DNA of 64,000 bases from Epithemia pelagica (taxonomy: Eukaryota; Protista; Bacillariophyta). A program made the translations under genes and the position numbers. The stretch's first letter is position 1, and each line of letters opens with the position of its first letter. Where the stretch lies: NCBI GenBank assembly GCA_946965045.2, contig OX337238.1, positions 2,418,001 to 2,482,000 of the forward strand, read 5' to 3'. The notes beneath the pieces were generated by a model. That model worked only from the letters and a program-made list of their open reading frames with translations. It was not told the DNA's origin and did not search any database. Of this stretch, positions 11,483-23,600 are shown one piece after another.

Positions 11483-13037
11483 GGCTTATCAACAATAAAC
11501 CCGCGGTGAGCCACAAATTGTGTGCAGCGTGAGAGGGTGGTGATAAAGTCGGACTTTTGAGGGAAAGGGCCTGCGCGGCATAATGAAATCAGCAGATTTT
11601 GAATGCGAATAACTTTGTTAATGGCAACAGCTTGTATGGAATAATGATTGGAGAGCACTTGTCCAACACAAAACAAATAAGTGTATCTCCATCAAGATAT
11701 TGGAACGACATTGACAAGTTCCTTGAAAGGTCCTTGGACCGTGGCCTCTGTGTATCGCTTTTTGAACCATTAAAACTCTCGGTGAGTTGGATCCACCTTT
11801 GCCAATACATGGGATAGTTCCTCGACAAGAGGTTGAACATGATCGATGGACCGCATGATTCATCACCACAGATCTACGTGAACAGGACGCCATCCCTTAC
11901 GACATGTGACTAGCTTGAGTGATGCGTGACACCTTCCATGTTCGGGTCAAGGTAGAGTACGGCGAAAAGAAGATTTCGGTAACACACCCAAAAGGAAGTG
12001 TAGCGTCTACATTCCACAGGTATCGGGGAGTCCCAGAACGAAGCAGGACGGCAAGTCAGCGATCATAAAAAACTGGATTTGTTGACATGCTTTGAATAGG
12101 AGGCTGCAAAGATGAAAGAAGAACCTATTTCCTTGGACCCAGAGCATACTTAAAGCGTGAAATGTACTCTCTTGTGTCTTTTCCCTTGCTTCTCCAAGAC
12201 ACTGATATTGCTTTACCGGAGCCCCGGACGTGTGTCCAGCAAACGGGTTTGGGGGCCGTACCCACTAAAGTGGACGTGAAGACCAATCACCTCCATATCG
12301 CCACAACCTTACTCTCAACCCTACCGTGGGCGCCTTGCAGTTCTTTTGTTTGGTGTTGCTGTATCCATCGCGTTCACCGAGCTTTTGTGTTTCTTGATGG
12401 ATTTCGTTTCACTCGCCACCACTCATCACGACAGCGGTCAAACGTCCAGTGAGCTGTCGGCCTCGACCTTGCTCGAGAGAGACGGTTGATTTGGTGGTGA
12501 ACGTTGAAACATGCTTGTCCATGGCAGCAACGACAATGGATTGTGGTCGAGAAAGATACCTTTTTATTTAATGCGACCCATCGGCGGGAGTCCGTCAGTC
12601 GACCCTGTGCGCGACCAAATTCCTTCCAGTGTATTTCACAATAAAATCTGAAATCTTACCTATTGCAGTCGACCCAACAACGATTGTTGCAAACAATGAA
12701 GCTCTGTGACCGATCCCTAGGTAGAACGATTGTGGTATCGTGACACAATTCACGATGGACGTTTGGCCAATTCACCTTTTCGCCATATTTTCTTGTTCCG
12801 CTGAAAGAAACCCTTACTTAATCGATTGAGAGGGGCGAGAACGAAAACCATAGAATTCCAGAAACAAGTGCCAGGAAAATAAAGCTACCTAGCCATGATT
12901 GTGGACGGCAACCATAAAATATCTTAATTGACGGTTTCTATAACGAGATTGTATTGGTGCTTCATTCTTCATAGATGTTTTCTCAACTCAAGTATCCAAG
13001 CCACATCTGTTTTCGTGTTGTCATCCCATCGGTCGCC

Positions 13038-14750
13038 TTACTGCCATAGGTAATTATCAATCTTTTCCTCAAGTTTCATAATTGTGCCTTGCAACGACTC
13101 AACCTTTCCATTCAACTTGATGATCAAGTCTTCAAGTTTCTCGATCCTGTCTTCTTTCATCGCTACAGATTCATCGTTCTTCGCATCCTGACTCTCCGTT
13201 CCAAAGGCCGTGGCTTCCTGTCCAGTCATCGACGCAGCATGCTTATTGTTCTCGTCGCGTGACACGGGGCTGAATGCGCGGTTGGTATGTGCGATATGAT
13301 GCTCAGGTGCATTGCCATGCTCCTTCACAACCAGCTGCTCCAGCTCTAGAATCTGCTTCACAATTGGGATCCGATCGTCCATGTCTTGGAACTGTTCCAA
13401 TTGTGTCGACAGCTCGTCAATTTGATCATGCAGATCCTGAACGGAACGGTATTTCTCGTCTTTGCACAAGGATTGCATAATGGGAAGCACTAGCTCCGCT
13501 TTTTTACCCTCTTCCATTACCGCTACATTACGGCGCTCATTCTTTGCACTTTGGATTGCCTCGTGAAGCCTTTGCATTTCGCGGTCAAGTTCGATGCGAC
13601 TAGAATAAACACTCTGACAAAAAAACAGTTGATGAGGTTCATAAAAAGGGTGCGTGGACTCTAAAAGTAACAGGATATAAATGAAGCATAAATATCACAG
13701 CAGGACCAGACGTACCTTGATATAGCGTTCGATGGTAACCAATGGAAGCGAGACGCATGAGTTTGCGTAACTTCCACCAATAACAACAACTCCGTCTCTG
13801 GTCGCAACCATGCTAAAACCATTCCTATGGGTTAATAATGTCGGGAGGTTCCACGAAGAGTTCCCGCTGGTGTCCAAAACTTCCGCACATTGAAAATCTC
13901 CCACTATTAGGCAGTGTCCCACCGTGACAACACGATGGTTGCTCTTTGGAACAGAAAGCGCCAAATCTTCATTTTGTCTCCATGTGAGTGACAATCGAAA
14001 CACCGATCTCGTATTTCCGTGCACTTTCTGGTGACCATCATTCAACTCAAGATACTCCACCGAGGCAAGTGTCTTACTCCCATCATTTCCTCCAATGGCA
14101 TAAATGCGCCGGCCAATGACTGTCATTTCAAATGATTGTCGAGCCACATTCATAGATGGGCCGGAAGTGACAGCATATGGACTTTCTACAGTCGTGTCAA
14201 CGATCTCAACAGTGGAAAGAGCAGGGTTGCTAAGATTTTTGGTACCACCAGCCACAACAATGTAGCGATTGTTCACAACGGCTGCTGCACATCGGTTTCT
14301 CTGGCTGATGCTCAGTGTATATTTTTCCTTGGTCCACTGTGTGCTTGAATCTCGAGTCAGGTCAATTATATCAATCTTTTCAATGACACTCTGCGGTTTG
14401 CCGTCTGTTTCACCTCCAATAATATAAACGCTACCGTTACAAACCGCGGCAGCATGGTTACTGCGGCTAAAATTCAAGCTTGGTCCTTCTTTCCATTTCT
14501 TCTCACCCGATCCCATTGTCAACAGAAGAACCGAATTTGTATGTCTGTATGCTTCCACTAAGTATTCTCCAGTAACCACAATCGTTTGCTGATCTTCGTC
14601 ATGATCGACAACCACTGAAGCATGTCCATGCCGCCGCCCATCCAACATTGGTGGCCATTCTGTGCTACTTCATTGAGGTACATCATCGTCACTGTCACAG
14701 CCTAGAAATGCAAGTCCAGACCGTAAGGCTTGCTCTTGGATTGACGCCAT
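13038..14750 (-). pseudogene. Kelch / coiled-coil family copy 4 (short form) with TGA at conserved Trp27
   Basis: ATG at 14750 gives MASIQEQALRSGLAF..VPQ-TGA(14672-14670)-SSTEWPPM, where paralogs have W. Intron 13715-13615 (GTACGT..TGTCAG); exon 2 is 13614-13038. Confidence 0.75.
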
Positions 14751-16225
14751 GGTGCGGTGATATGGAGGTGGCTACAATATGAGACTTTGAGGGAAAAGGG
14801 CTTCGCTTCAAAACCTCAGATGAAATCTTTGTCTTCAACTCAGCAGATGCGACCGCTGCCCGCAACAGAAAAAGGCCGCTTGAAGCCAAAGGGTGATGTT
14901 TAATTGCCTGTGTCTTTGAAGTTTCGTATGGAACTTTTCTGCAGAGACCAATATCATCTGTCGCGATGATAACTTGGAGGAATGCAAAAGTCGGCCCCGA
15001 GTTGGATCCACCCTTGTCATTACAGTCAATAGCTACTCTATGAGAGGGAGAACATGACCGAGGGACCTGTCCCAAAGATTCATTGCGACAACGGTAGCAG
15101 AACGCCATCCCTTACGGCTCGAGACTGAAAAGAGTGATGTTTGGAACGTCTCATTTCGGCTTGACTCGTGCCTGAAAACAATTCTTCGGTAGCAAACCAA
15201 GAAGGCAAGAAGGAATGTAGTGTCGGTGATTCCGACGAAGACGGTACATACATACATGGGCTTGTTGATATGCTTTGAATCGTAGGGTTCACGATGGGGC
15301 AGGTCAGAAGAACATCTTGAAAGAGTGAAACGGAGACTTTCGTATCTCATTCAGTGCTTCACGAAGAAACTTTTTTCTTTGGCTAATTGGAGAGATCCTT
15401 CCAAAGACACTTTCATCATTTTGTTTGGACTCGTGTCCGGGAAACCGTATGCGAAGTTATGTCCAATGCGATGGAGGTAAGGATCAATCACCTCCATGTC
15501 TATGTTCTTTATCATAGTCAAGCCTGCCGTGGTTGCTTCCGGTTTCCCATAGTGTTTTTGTTTGACGTTGCTGCATCCATCAAGTTCATCCAGCTGTGTG
15601 TCGTCGTTTCACTCGCAACCTCCATCCATAACGACAGTGGCCAAACATCCACGACACAGTCTACCACTTCAACGAAGGTTGACGGATCGGTCATCGCCGT
15701 CTTGAATGCAGATTGTTGACGACATTATCACAAGGATGGATTCGGAGCGTGATTTTGATTTGTGAAAAGATACCTTCCTGTAGAGCGACTCAGATGCGTT
15801 CTGATGTGGCACCGTCTGCCATTCGCTCCCATAAAATCCTTTTCACAACAAAATCTGAACTTGGTGAACACAAAACGATTGTTGCAATCGCGTACTTTCG
15901 ACTTTTGTCTAGGTTCTTCGTTTTCGACGACGACTATCATCGCATTCGTACTCGCCTCCTGAATGAGATGACATCTGTTTTCACAAAAAATCGGATCTGG
16001 ACTAGATTAGGAAGAAGACATTGTGGCGAGAATGATTGTGAACGTCAATCGCAAACTGTCTGAATTGACGGTTCCAAGAAAAGATTGCAGTGTTTTTTTA
16101 TCTTTTTTCCTAGTTTCCTGAAGTTGATGGTCCATCATATTATCATTTCGTCATCCAATCTTTCGCTTAAGTACCAGCCATCATCAACGATTTTCTTTAG
16201 TTCTTCAATCATGCCTTTTTGTTTC

Positions 16226-17961
16226 TCAACCCATGTACCGGCCATCATCAATCTTGTTCTTTAGTTCGTGAATCATGCGATTTTGTTCCTGAACCGTATC
16301 AATCAGTTCGACGACCCTGTCTTCAAGCTTTGCGATCTTCGCAGCCACCGCTTCATCGTTGAACGCACCATGGACCTCCCTGCCAATGGCCACTGTTTCC
16401 GCTTGCCCCATTGCAGATGCAGACCGCTTCTTGCTCTCGCGTAACAACGGGCCTGACACACGATTGGTATGAGCGATCTCGTCCCCAGCAACAGTGCCAT
16501 GATTCTGCGCCAAAAGCTGCTCCAGCTCCGCAATTTGTTTCACGATGGGGATCCGCTCTTGGATGCTTTGAACTCTTTCCAATTCTGTCTCTAGCTTGTC
16601 AATTTGATCGTGCAGATCTTGGGCTGAGCGGTATTTCTCCTCTTTACACAAAGATAGCAGAATGGGAAGCACGTGTTCCGAATTTTCACCCTCTTCCAAA
16701 ACTGCAACGTTGCGACGTTCAGACTTTGCACTTTCGATCGCCAAACGATGGCGTTTGATTTCGTCGTCGAGTTCGGTCCGAGTCCGACTGGCAAACATAG
16801 TCTGAAAAATCATGAGTCATTCATGTCGCTAGGCGTTCGTAAAAGAGGTTTTAGCAAGACACGTACCTGAAGTTGTTGCTTCCGCGTAACCAGTGGAATG
16901 GACGTACAAAGATGATCCCCCTTCCCGCCGATTACAACAATGCCCTTTGCAGTGGCAACCATAGTCGAATGCTCCTGCCAGTTCAAAGACGGAAGGTGCC
17001 ACACATGGAAGCCATTGGTGTCGAGAACCTCCACCATGTTGCGGCCCACAATTTCGGTCTTACCCCCTCCCACGATTAGACAGGACCCCACTCGAACGAC
17101 ATCATGCTCAGAACGAGGAACGGAAAGAGATAGCTCCTTAAGCATTTTCCATTTGCGAGAGGATGGAAAAGTTGTCCTTGTGTTCTCAAACTCAGCCATG
17201 GGGCTGTCGTTGAATTCAAAGTACTCGACAGAGCCTAGCCACCCGTATCCAAGATCGCCACACCCTCCAGTCACATAAATCCGTCCACCAACGACAGAGA
17301 TTCCACATGATTTTCGAGCTACATTCAAGGAAGGACCCGAAAACGTGGCATGATAGCTGTCCACTGCCGTATCAATAATGTCTATCGACGAAAGCAATTC
17401 ATAGTTTTTGCGGTGCTCGGACTTACTGTAGCCACCAACAACGACAATGTATCGATCATGTACAGCGGTTGCGGCACAGTCATATCTGGTTTTGGACAAT
17501 AGACAGCTAACTGTCGTCCACCGATTGTCCTTCGATGGAACCAAGTTCGAAATATCAATCTTTTCAATACTCATGTTTCCGCTACAGGCGTAACGAGGGC
17601 CCCCGCCCAAGACGTAAACACTACCGCCGCACACAACTGCTACATGACCTGACCTCTTTTCAATCAAACTGGGTCCTTCTTCCCATTTTTTCTCGTCCGC
17701 TCCCACAGTCATTAAAAGCACTGAATTTGTAACGACATAGAATTCGTGCTGTCGGTATGGCAAATGATTATTGAGTTTATATCCTCCTGTCACCACAACT
17801 GTTTGTTGGTCATTGTCGTGGTCGACAACCACTGCAGCATGTTCATACCGCGCAAGTGGAGGCCATTCTGTGGTACTCCATTGAGGTACATGGTCATCTT
17901 TATTGTCACAGCCTAGAAATGCAAGGCCAGATCGCAAGGCTTGCTTCTGGATCGACGCCAT
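16226..17961 (-). CDS. Kelch / coiled-coil family copy 5 (short form), apparently intact
   Basis: ATG at 17961, exon 1 to 16867, 65-nt intron 16866-16802 (GTACGT..TTTTCAG), exon 2 16801-16226. Uninterrupted Kelch repeats and a heptad-rich C-terminus. Confidence 0.8.
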
Positions 17962-18000
17962 GATGGTGCATCCAGCTAACACAGTGGTGTACCGACCGTT

Positions 18001-18056
18001 GGTTGGAATCTCGGACTTACAGGCACCCTATGAGGTTGGAATCTCGGACTTACAGG
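18001..18056. repeat. Perfect 23-bp direct repeat pair (GGTTGGAATCTCGGACTTACAGG) with 10-bp spacer
   Basis: Copies at 18001-18023 and 18034-18056, about 40 bp upstream of the copy 5 start codon. Confidence 0.9.
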
Positions 18057-19579
18057 GAATTGCAGCGAAACCTGAAGGAAATCTCTCCAGAAAAAGTTGG
18101 GGAGGAGTGCAATCCGAAAAACTCCCAATTCACAGCCATGCTGGAAGAGCACTCCGTCCAACCCAAAAAATAACGCAAGACATATTCATCGTACAAAAGC
18201 CTTTGCCGCAGATTGTGCGTGGGAAGGTGAAACGTTGGGTTTGCCAATCAACCGGCCTATATTCCTGCAGCACAAGTACTTGTTCCAATCGAAAGGAGAG
18301 ATGGAGGGAGACTGCGACACTCCAACCACCAAACCAATCGCAACTCGGCGTCACCCATTCCTGCCGATAACCAAACCTCCTGCACGAATTGGACGTGTCG
18401 CAGCAGTAATAGCAGAACCAGAACCCATGACACGGAACGCAGTGGATCAACTCGAGAATGGGGATCATCCTCCTTCGTTTGGTAGACTCTATAGAATCAT
18501 GGTGTATCTGGAGACTCTTGGTTTCTTCCTCGCCCCATAACCTGTGCTGCCGTCCTGTCGTCACTGTGGTGGGTCTAGGGCCAATCCCTATCGACACATT
18601 TGCATGTATCTCTAGCTATATAATAGCTCGCTAGGAGTGTGAGGTGTCTCTCGAGGCAAACCAGTAACTGCTTTGGGTCAGGACCACAGAGTCGAGTCGT
18701 CCGGTCCGTGCATCGTCTGGGGACCACACCGGAGTTCTTCCAATGGCGAGTGGGTTGCGGTTCACCTTGATTGGTGGCACACACACGGATGACTCTGTCA
18801 TGCTCCTCGTGCACCGAAAACGATCCTATTTCGACTGTGGTGTTCCTGGACGATGATGATGATGATCCACAATCATCGCCGAGCAACGACCGGTTTTCAT
18901 CGCATGATGGAAGGAGCAGCACAGAAACTCTCTCGATCCCCTAGAGTACGACAGCTTGTGTTGATTCATCACAGCTCTCTTCAAGAAGAGGAGAGGGTGT
19001 GATTCTCTTCGCATGCCGACTTTTGACCAACATAAAGAACGAGAGCGTCATTGGAAAAATTTGAAGAAATGATAAGGCGAAATAATAAAGACTCAATAGA
19101 CCGACTGTCGCTGCGACATGGAGGCAATTGAGAATCAAGTCGAATGGCCGTTTTATAAGGCATGAGGCAATTGTATCAAATGCCGGAAGACACGCGACCG
19201 AAAAAAGTATCTTCTATTGCGCGACGATTTGGGATGCGATATCCGCAACCTGACCCCATCTTTGGGGTGCGAGCGCCAACAACAACGAGGAGGATCTTTC
19301 TCGTTTGGATCCTACTCGCTTTCATAGTATATAATAGTTTGTTCTCTTGCAGCAGCCTTGGCACAATCTCACAACCACCACCACCAGGCTCCGTGTCCTC
19401 CTTGCATTCGATTTCTGTGTTGCAGCAACTCTCGTATCCTTTTGTTCTGGACCGACACTGAGTGGACGGCCATCCCAACACACCCCAAATCACTATATTG
19501 GGTATAAGATCGATACTACTACCACCACCGCTTGTCGACAACGACGACATCTTCTTCTTCTTCTTTTTCGTTTTCTGTC

Positions 19580-20656
19580 ATGGACCCTTCCACGGCACCC
19601 ACCAATCACGTGGCCGCCGCCGCTGCCGACACGGTGCCAGTCTCCACCGAGGCAACCGCCACCACCACCACCACCAAGACGGCCGTTGCCGGATGGCCCA
19701 CTCGGCTCCTTCGCAAAGTCACCGTGGTGGAACCTACCGACTCGCACTTGGCCGTCCATACCCTCACCTTTGCCATTCCCCCCACTATCAATCCAAACGA
19801 CGACAACAACGACAAGAAGGACGAGAACGACAGTCGTCGTAAAAAAGTCATTGCCCATGCGCAAGTCCGCTTGGACCATGGCGATGTGGTCAAACTGGTC
19901 ATTCCGCACTACAAACCCAAATCCTATAGCATGAGTGCCTTGCGACTGACGCCGGAACAAGAATTTGATGTCACCTTCAAGGTCTACCCCAATGGTCGCG
20001 CCAGTGGCTACTTGAATCGATTGCAGATTGGCGACACGATTCAGTCGTTTGGCATGGCCAAGAATAAATGTCGGAATCCGGGTGGGAAATGGATTGGCAT
20101 TGTCGCCTATGGGGTCGGCATTACCGAAGCCTTGCCTGTGGCACGCGCCGAATTGGAACGACCCGGACCAGGACCACCAACCACCGTTACGTTGTTGTGG
20201 GCCTCTCGAACCCTCCACGATACCTTTTGGCACGATCAAATTCAAGCCTTGCAACACGCCTATCCGTGTTCTCCTCCAACGACTACCACCGAATCGAGTT
20301 CCGAAACCAACAGCAACAACAACGACTCTACGAATCGATTTGAAATGGCCTTTTTGTTTTCTCGGGAAAGCAACGAGTTTTTTCAAGCCCTTTCTTCTTC
20401 TTCGGCTGCTTCGAATGCCACTACGACGACGAGCCAGGTGCACATTCCCGTGTCGATTCGACAAGCTCGACATGTCTTGTCGGGTCGTGTGACGGCGTCC
20501 GTCTTGTCGACCGTCTTTGATCAGGCCTGTCACGAGAAGGAGCACGCGCGATTCTTGTCGGTGGGAACCAAGGATATGATGGCCTTTACCAGTCAATTGC
20601 TCACCAACGAATTGGGATTCGAGTTTCCCCACAATGAATTGCTTCCCAAACAATAA
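19580..20656 (+). CDS. FAD/NAD(P)-binding oxidoreductase (FNR / cytochrome b5 reductase-like), C-terminally truncated by a LINE insertion
   Basis: Motifs PKSYSM, FKVYPNGRASGYL, IGIVAYGVGITEALP, LLWASRT, LSVGT. First ATG is at 19580. The stop codon comes from the LINE tail (CAA TAA TAA TAA TAA). Confidence 0.8.
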   Translation: MDPSTAPTNHVAAAAADTVPVSTEATATTTTTKTAVAGWPTRLLRKVTVVEPTDSHLAVHTLTFAIPPTINPNDDNNDKKDENDSRRKKVIAHAQVRLDHGDVVKLVIPHYKPKSYSMSALRLTPEQEFDVTFKVYPNGRASGYLNRLQIGDTIQSFGMAKNKCRNPGGKWIGIVAYGVGITEALPVARAELERPGPGPPTTVTLLWASRTLHDTFWHDQIQALQHAYPCSPPTTTTESSSETNSNNNDSTNRFEMAFLFSRESNEFFQALSSSSAASNATTTTSQVHIPVSIRQARHVLSGRVTASVLSTVFDQACHEKEHARFLSVGTKDMMAFTSQLLTNELGFEFPHNELLPKQ

Positions 20657-23600
20657 TAATAATAACTCATGGATTAGTTCTTACAGAACTGCCTAGGGCT
20701 TTAACGTCGCTTAGGAACCTAGGGAGACATTGTCCCGCCGGGCCAAGTCGACCAACGAAAAAGAAACACTCACGTATCACAAAAGAAAACAAAGAAACAC
20801 TCGTAACCACCGGTTACGGGACATAAAGAAACTGGGCTGGGATGATGGCTTCAGCAGAGGCGCGGGGCCAGGCTTACGACGGTGTGCCAGAGGGCCGAAA
20901 GAATTGCCGAAATCGTCGTTGTTGCAGCCGAAGCCTGCGCACCGGAGCCGAAGATCCATGCTGTGCCATACGACGGATAAAAAGATCCTGGATCCGGGGT
21001 GGGTCCTGCAACCGGGCTGACAAGGGGCGCCGTAGCAGAAGGCGCATGGCGGAGGAAAGAGCTGGCGGCGGGGAAGCGTAGACCATCCGAATAGCATGCT
21101 GCCGTTCGGCTTGAAGACGAGCCGCTTCCGCCGCATGGAATATTCCATTGCGGTGTTCCCAAAGATCCCATGAGACCTCCCATACTTTCGCGATCAATAA
21201 AGCCAGCCATCGACGGCCCGAATTCCGTTTCCCCAGAAACCTGTAATAAATATCTTGAACTTCCACCCATTCAGGGGCCCAAAAACCAAACATAGCCGCT
21301 TCCCAACCTAATGCAGCCTGAGATCTGGCAGCTTGTTCAAGGCACGGAACAGTAGAATGAATCTCCGTAGATACCCTTTGATGAGCGAAATCCGTAAGGG
21401 CGCGGATGATCACCTCGGTTGCTCCCGGCTGGGTATGACGGGACTGTAGCCATTGCTGTAGATCGACGAGTCGTTGGGACCATAATTCCAACGCCTCCGA
21501 GTGTTGACAGGAGAAAACATGGGCCGCGGTTTCAACTTCACGGTGGCAACGCGGGCAGACCGGCGAACGCCATGCTCGGCGGCGAACCATCTCCACTCCG
21601 ACAGCCGAGCGACCGGCTGTTGACTTGATTACCCAGTGGCGACGCGATTGGGGTAAGTGCTCAAGTGCCGTGGAATAGGACGACCATGCCACATGATCCA
21701 AAGTACCGTGACCGAAACGACCCAACCTAGTCCAGTGGTCCTTGAGGGGAGGGGCGAGCACATGGCTACGTAGCTGTGAAGCCAGATTATGAACGACGAA
21801 CGTCGAGCCCAACAAAATAGGTGGTAATGGGGCTGGGGGAAACTGTGGAACGTCGTCTTCCGGAACTCGCTCGTATACCAACGCAGCGCGGGCATCTGCG
21901 GCAATATTGCGTTTGGCCCAGGTATCGAGGGGGCCCTGGGTCAGATCTTGGTGTCCACGAATATGGCGTGGAATCCACCGCAGTTGGGGTAATGTAGCAA
22001 TGGTTTGTTGAGTTAAAGATACAAGGTCCCAACTGTGATCTCCGAGTGATGGCTGTCGGGGATACAACAAGATACGGTCAAGGACCGCTTGGCTATCGGT
22101 GCCGAACTGAATTATACCGGGCATCTGGGGAAAAAAGCGACACACACTCCGAATCATCTGGGCGATCGACAGTAATCCGACAAGTTCGCTGCGGAAGGAA
22201 CATTGGGCCTCCGCTGGTCCAGGAACGCGAAGCCCCGCAGACAGATGCGAAATCGTCGACGAGTCGAAAGCGATACACCAAGCGGCAGTGCCATTCACGC
22301 CGGTATTGGCCGATCCATCGGACACTGCCTCCAACGTACCCCGAGAGACGGCACGCAGGAACTGATCGTAAATTGCAGGGTCATCCGGGGGGTCGAACCA
22401 TGTCTGAGCGAATGCCTCGTACTCCGGCGCGTAGAAATTGGGCCGTGGTGGAGAAAGGCTAAGGTTCGGCGAGAAGGGCAGTTGAATCGGCCTGGCGTCC
22501 CAGCTAAGGAGAGACACCCATTCCGGGTGAGGGACCAAGTCCGCGGGGAAGAGGGCCGGCTGCAACAAGAGGCCCCCATAGGATAAACTACCCGAGGGAC
22601 CGTGGTACCGTCGACGTCCGCGACGGCCAGGTAACACACCATATACGTGCCAGCAATCTTCGGTTACCGGAATGAAAACCCGATCAAGAGCTGGACAGAA
22701 CAATGAGAGAGTCGACCGAACAGAGGTATGGTCCCACAATCCCAAAGTAGTAGTCAGTGAGCGGAAACGCGAGTCGACACCAAAGGTGGTCATTAAACTC
22801 CGCTGCCAAAGAGGCCAATCCAGCGCGGACGAAGGAGGTGCCATGGGCCAGGTCTCCTGCCGCGGGCGCCGTCCGCACGAGGCGGAGCCGGTCCACGCCG
22901 AGGGCAAAATCGTCCGTCCATCACAAGAAACAATCTCCGCTAACGAAAGAACGCGAAGAAACATTCTGCATTGGTTCAGGCGAGCAAGCACAGGCTCGGA
23001 CCGGATGCCGGCCTCCCAGAACGCATCCATGAGAAAACGATCGCCGGACCGCAGCTCAGGAGGAGACGGGGGAAGCGAAATACGATACAAGTCGCAAAAT
23101 TCCCACAACGCTTTGGCCCATGAGGACACGGCCCAGGTGGACCAGGGATGGAACGGGAGGTCGAAGGGCGGACAGGCAGAGCCCACTTCCAATTGAAGAT
23201 ACTCCAGCGAAGCACGAAGGAGACATCCAGTAATACTCGTAGGCTACCGGCCAAAAAGAATAAAGGCCGAGACATGCGCGATTCCTTGTTCCACGTAGAG
23301 GTTCGGCAACGAAAATCCTCCCACTTTAGTCGGACCATACACCACGTCGCGGGGCATAGACCGCACTATGTGCGAACGGCTTAGACCCACCTGAAGCAAG
23401 GGGGTGAACAACTCCCGACATTGAAGTGGAGAGAAGGTGGTTGCGGCCAGCGGATACTCCAGCGTTTTGAATATCCCCGTCCGAAGGGATTGCCACACCA
23501 GGTGATGGGGGAGGTGGCGAACGCGGACTTATCCACCCAAGTTTTAACTTTCGCCTTGAGGTAGTCCAATTCGGCGGTCATGGCCCCATCGGGGGCTGTG

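Noticed and set aside
14670-14672. TGA at a conserved Trp position suggesting UGA=Trp recoding
   Set aside because: Another copy has TAA at a Trp position (43829), and TGA is the normal terminator of several genes here (2127, 6220, 35943). Ordinary nonsense mutation explains it.
18001-18056. Direct repeats as a mini-CRISPR array
   Set aside because: Only two units with a 10-nt spacer, no cas genes, eukaryotic context.
19162-19461. 99-aa ORF with one hydrophobic segment upstream of the oxidoreductase
   Set aside because: No motif or paralog in the duplicated unit; cannot be distinguished from a chance ORF.
19493-20653. 386-aa minus-strand ORF
   Set aside because: Antisense shadow of the oxidoreductase gene with no motifs; the same shadow recurs at 42440-42967.
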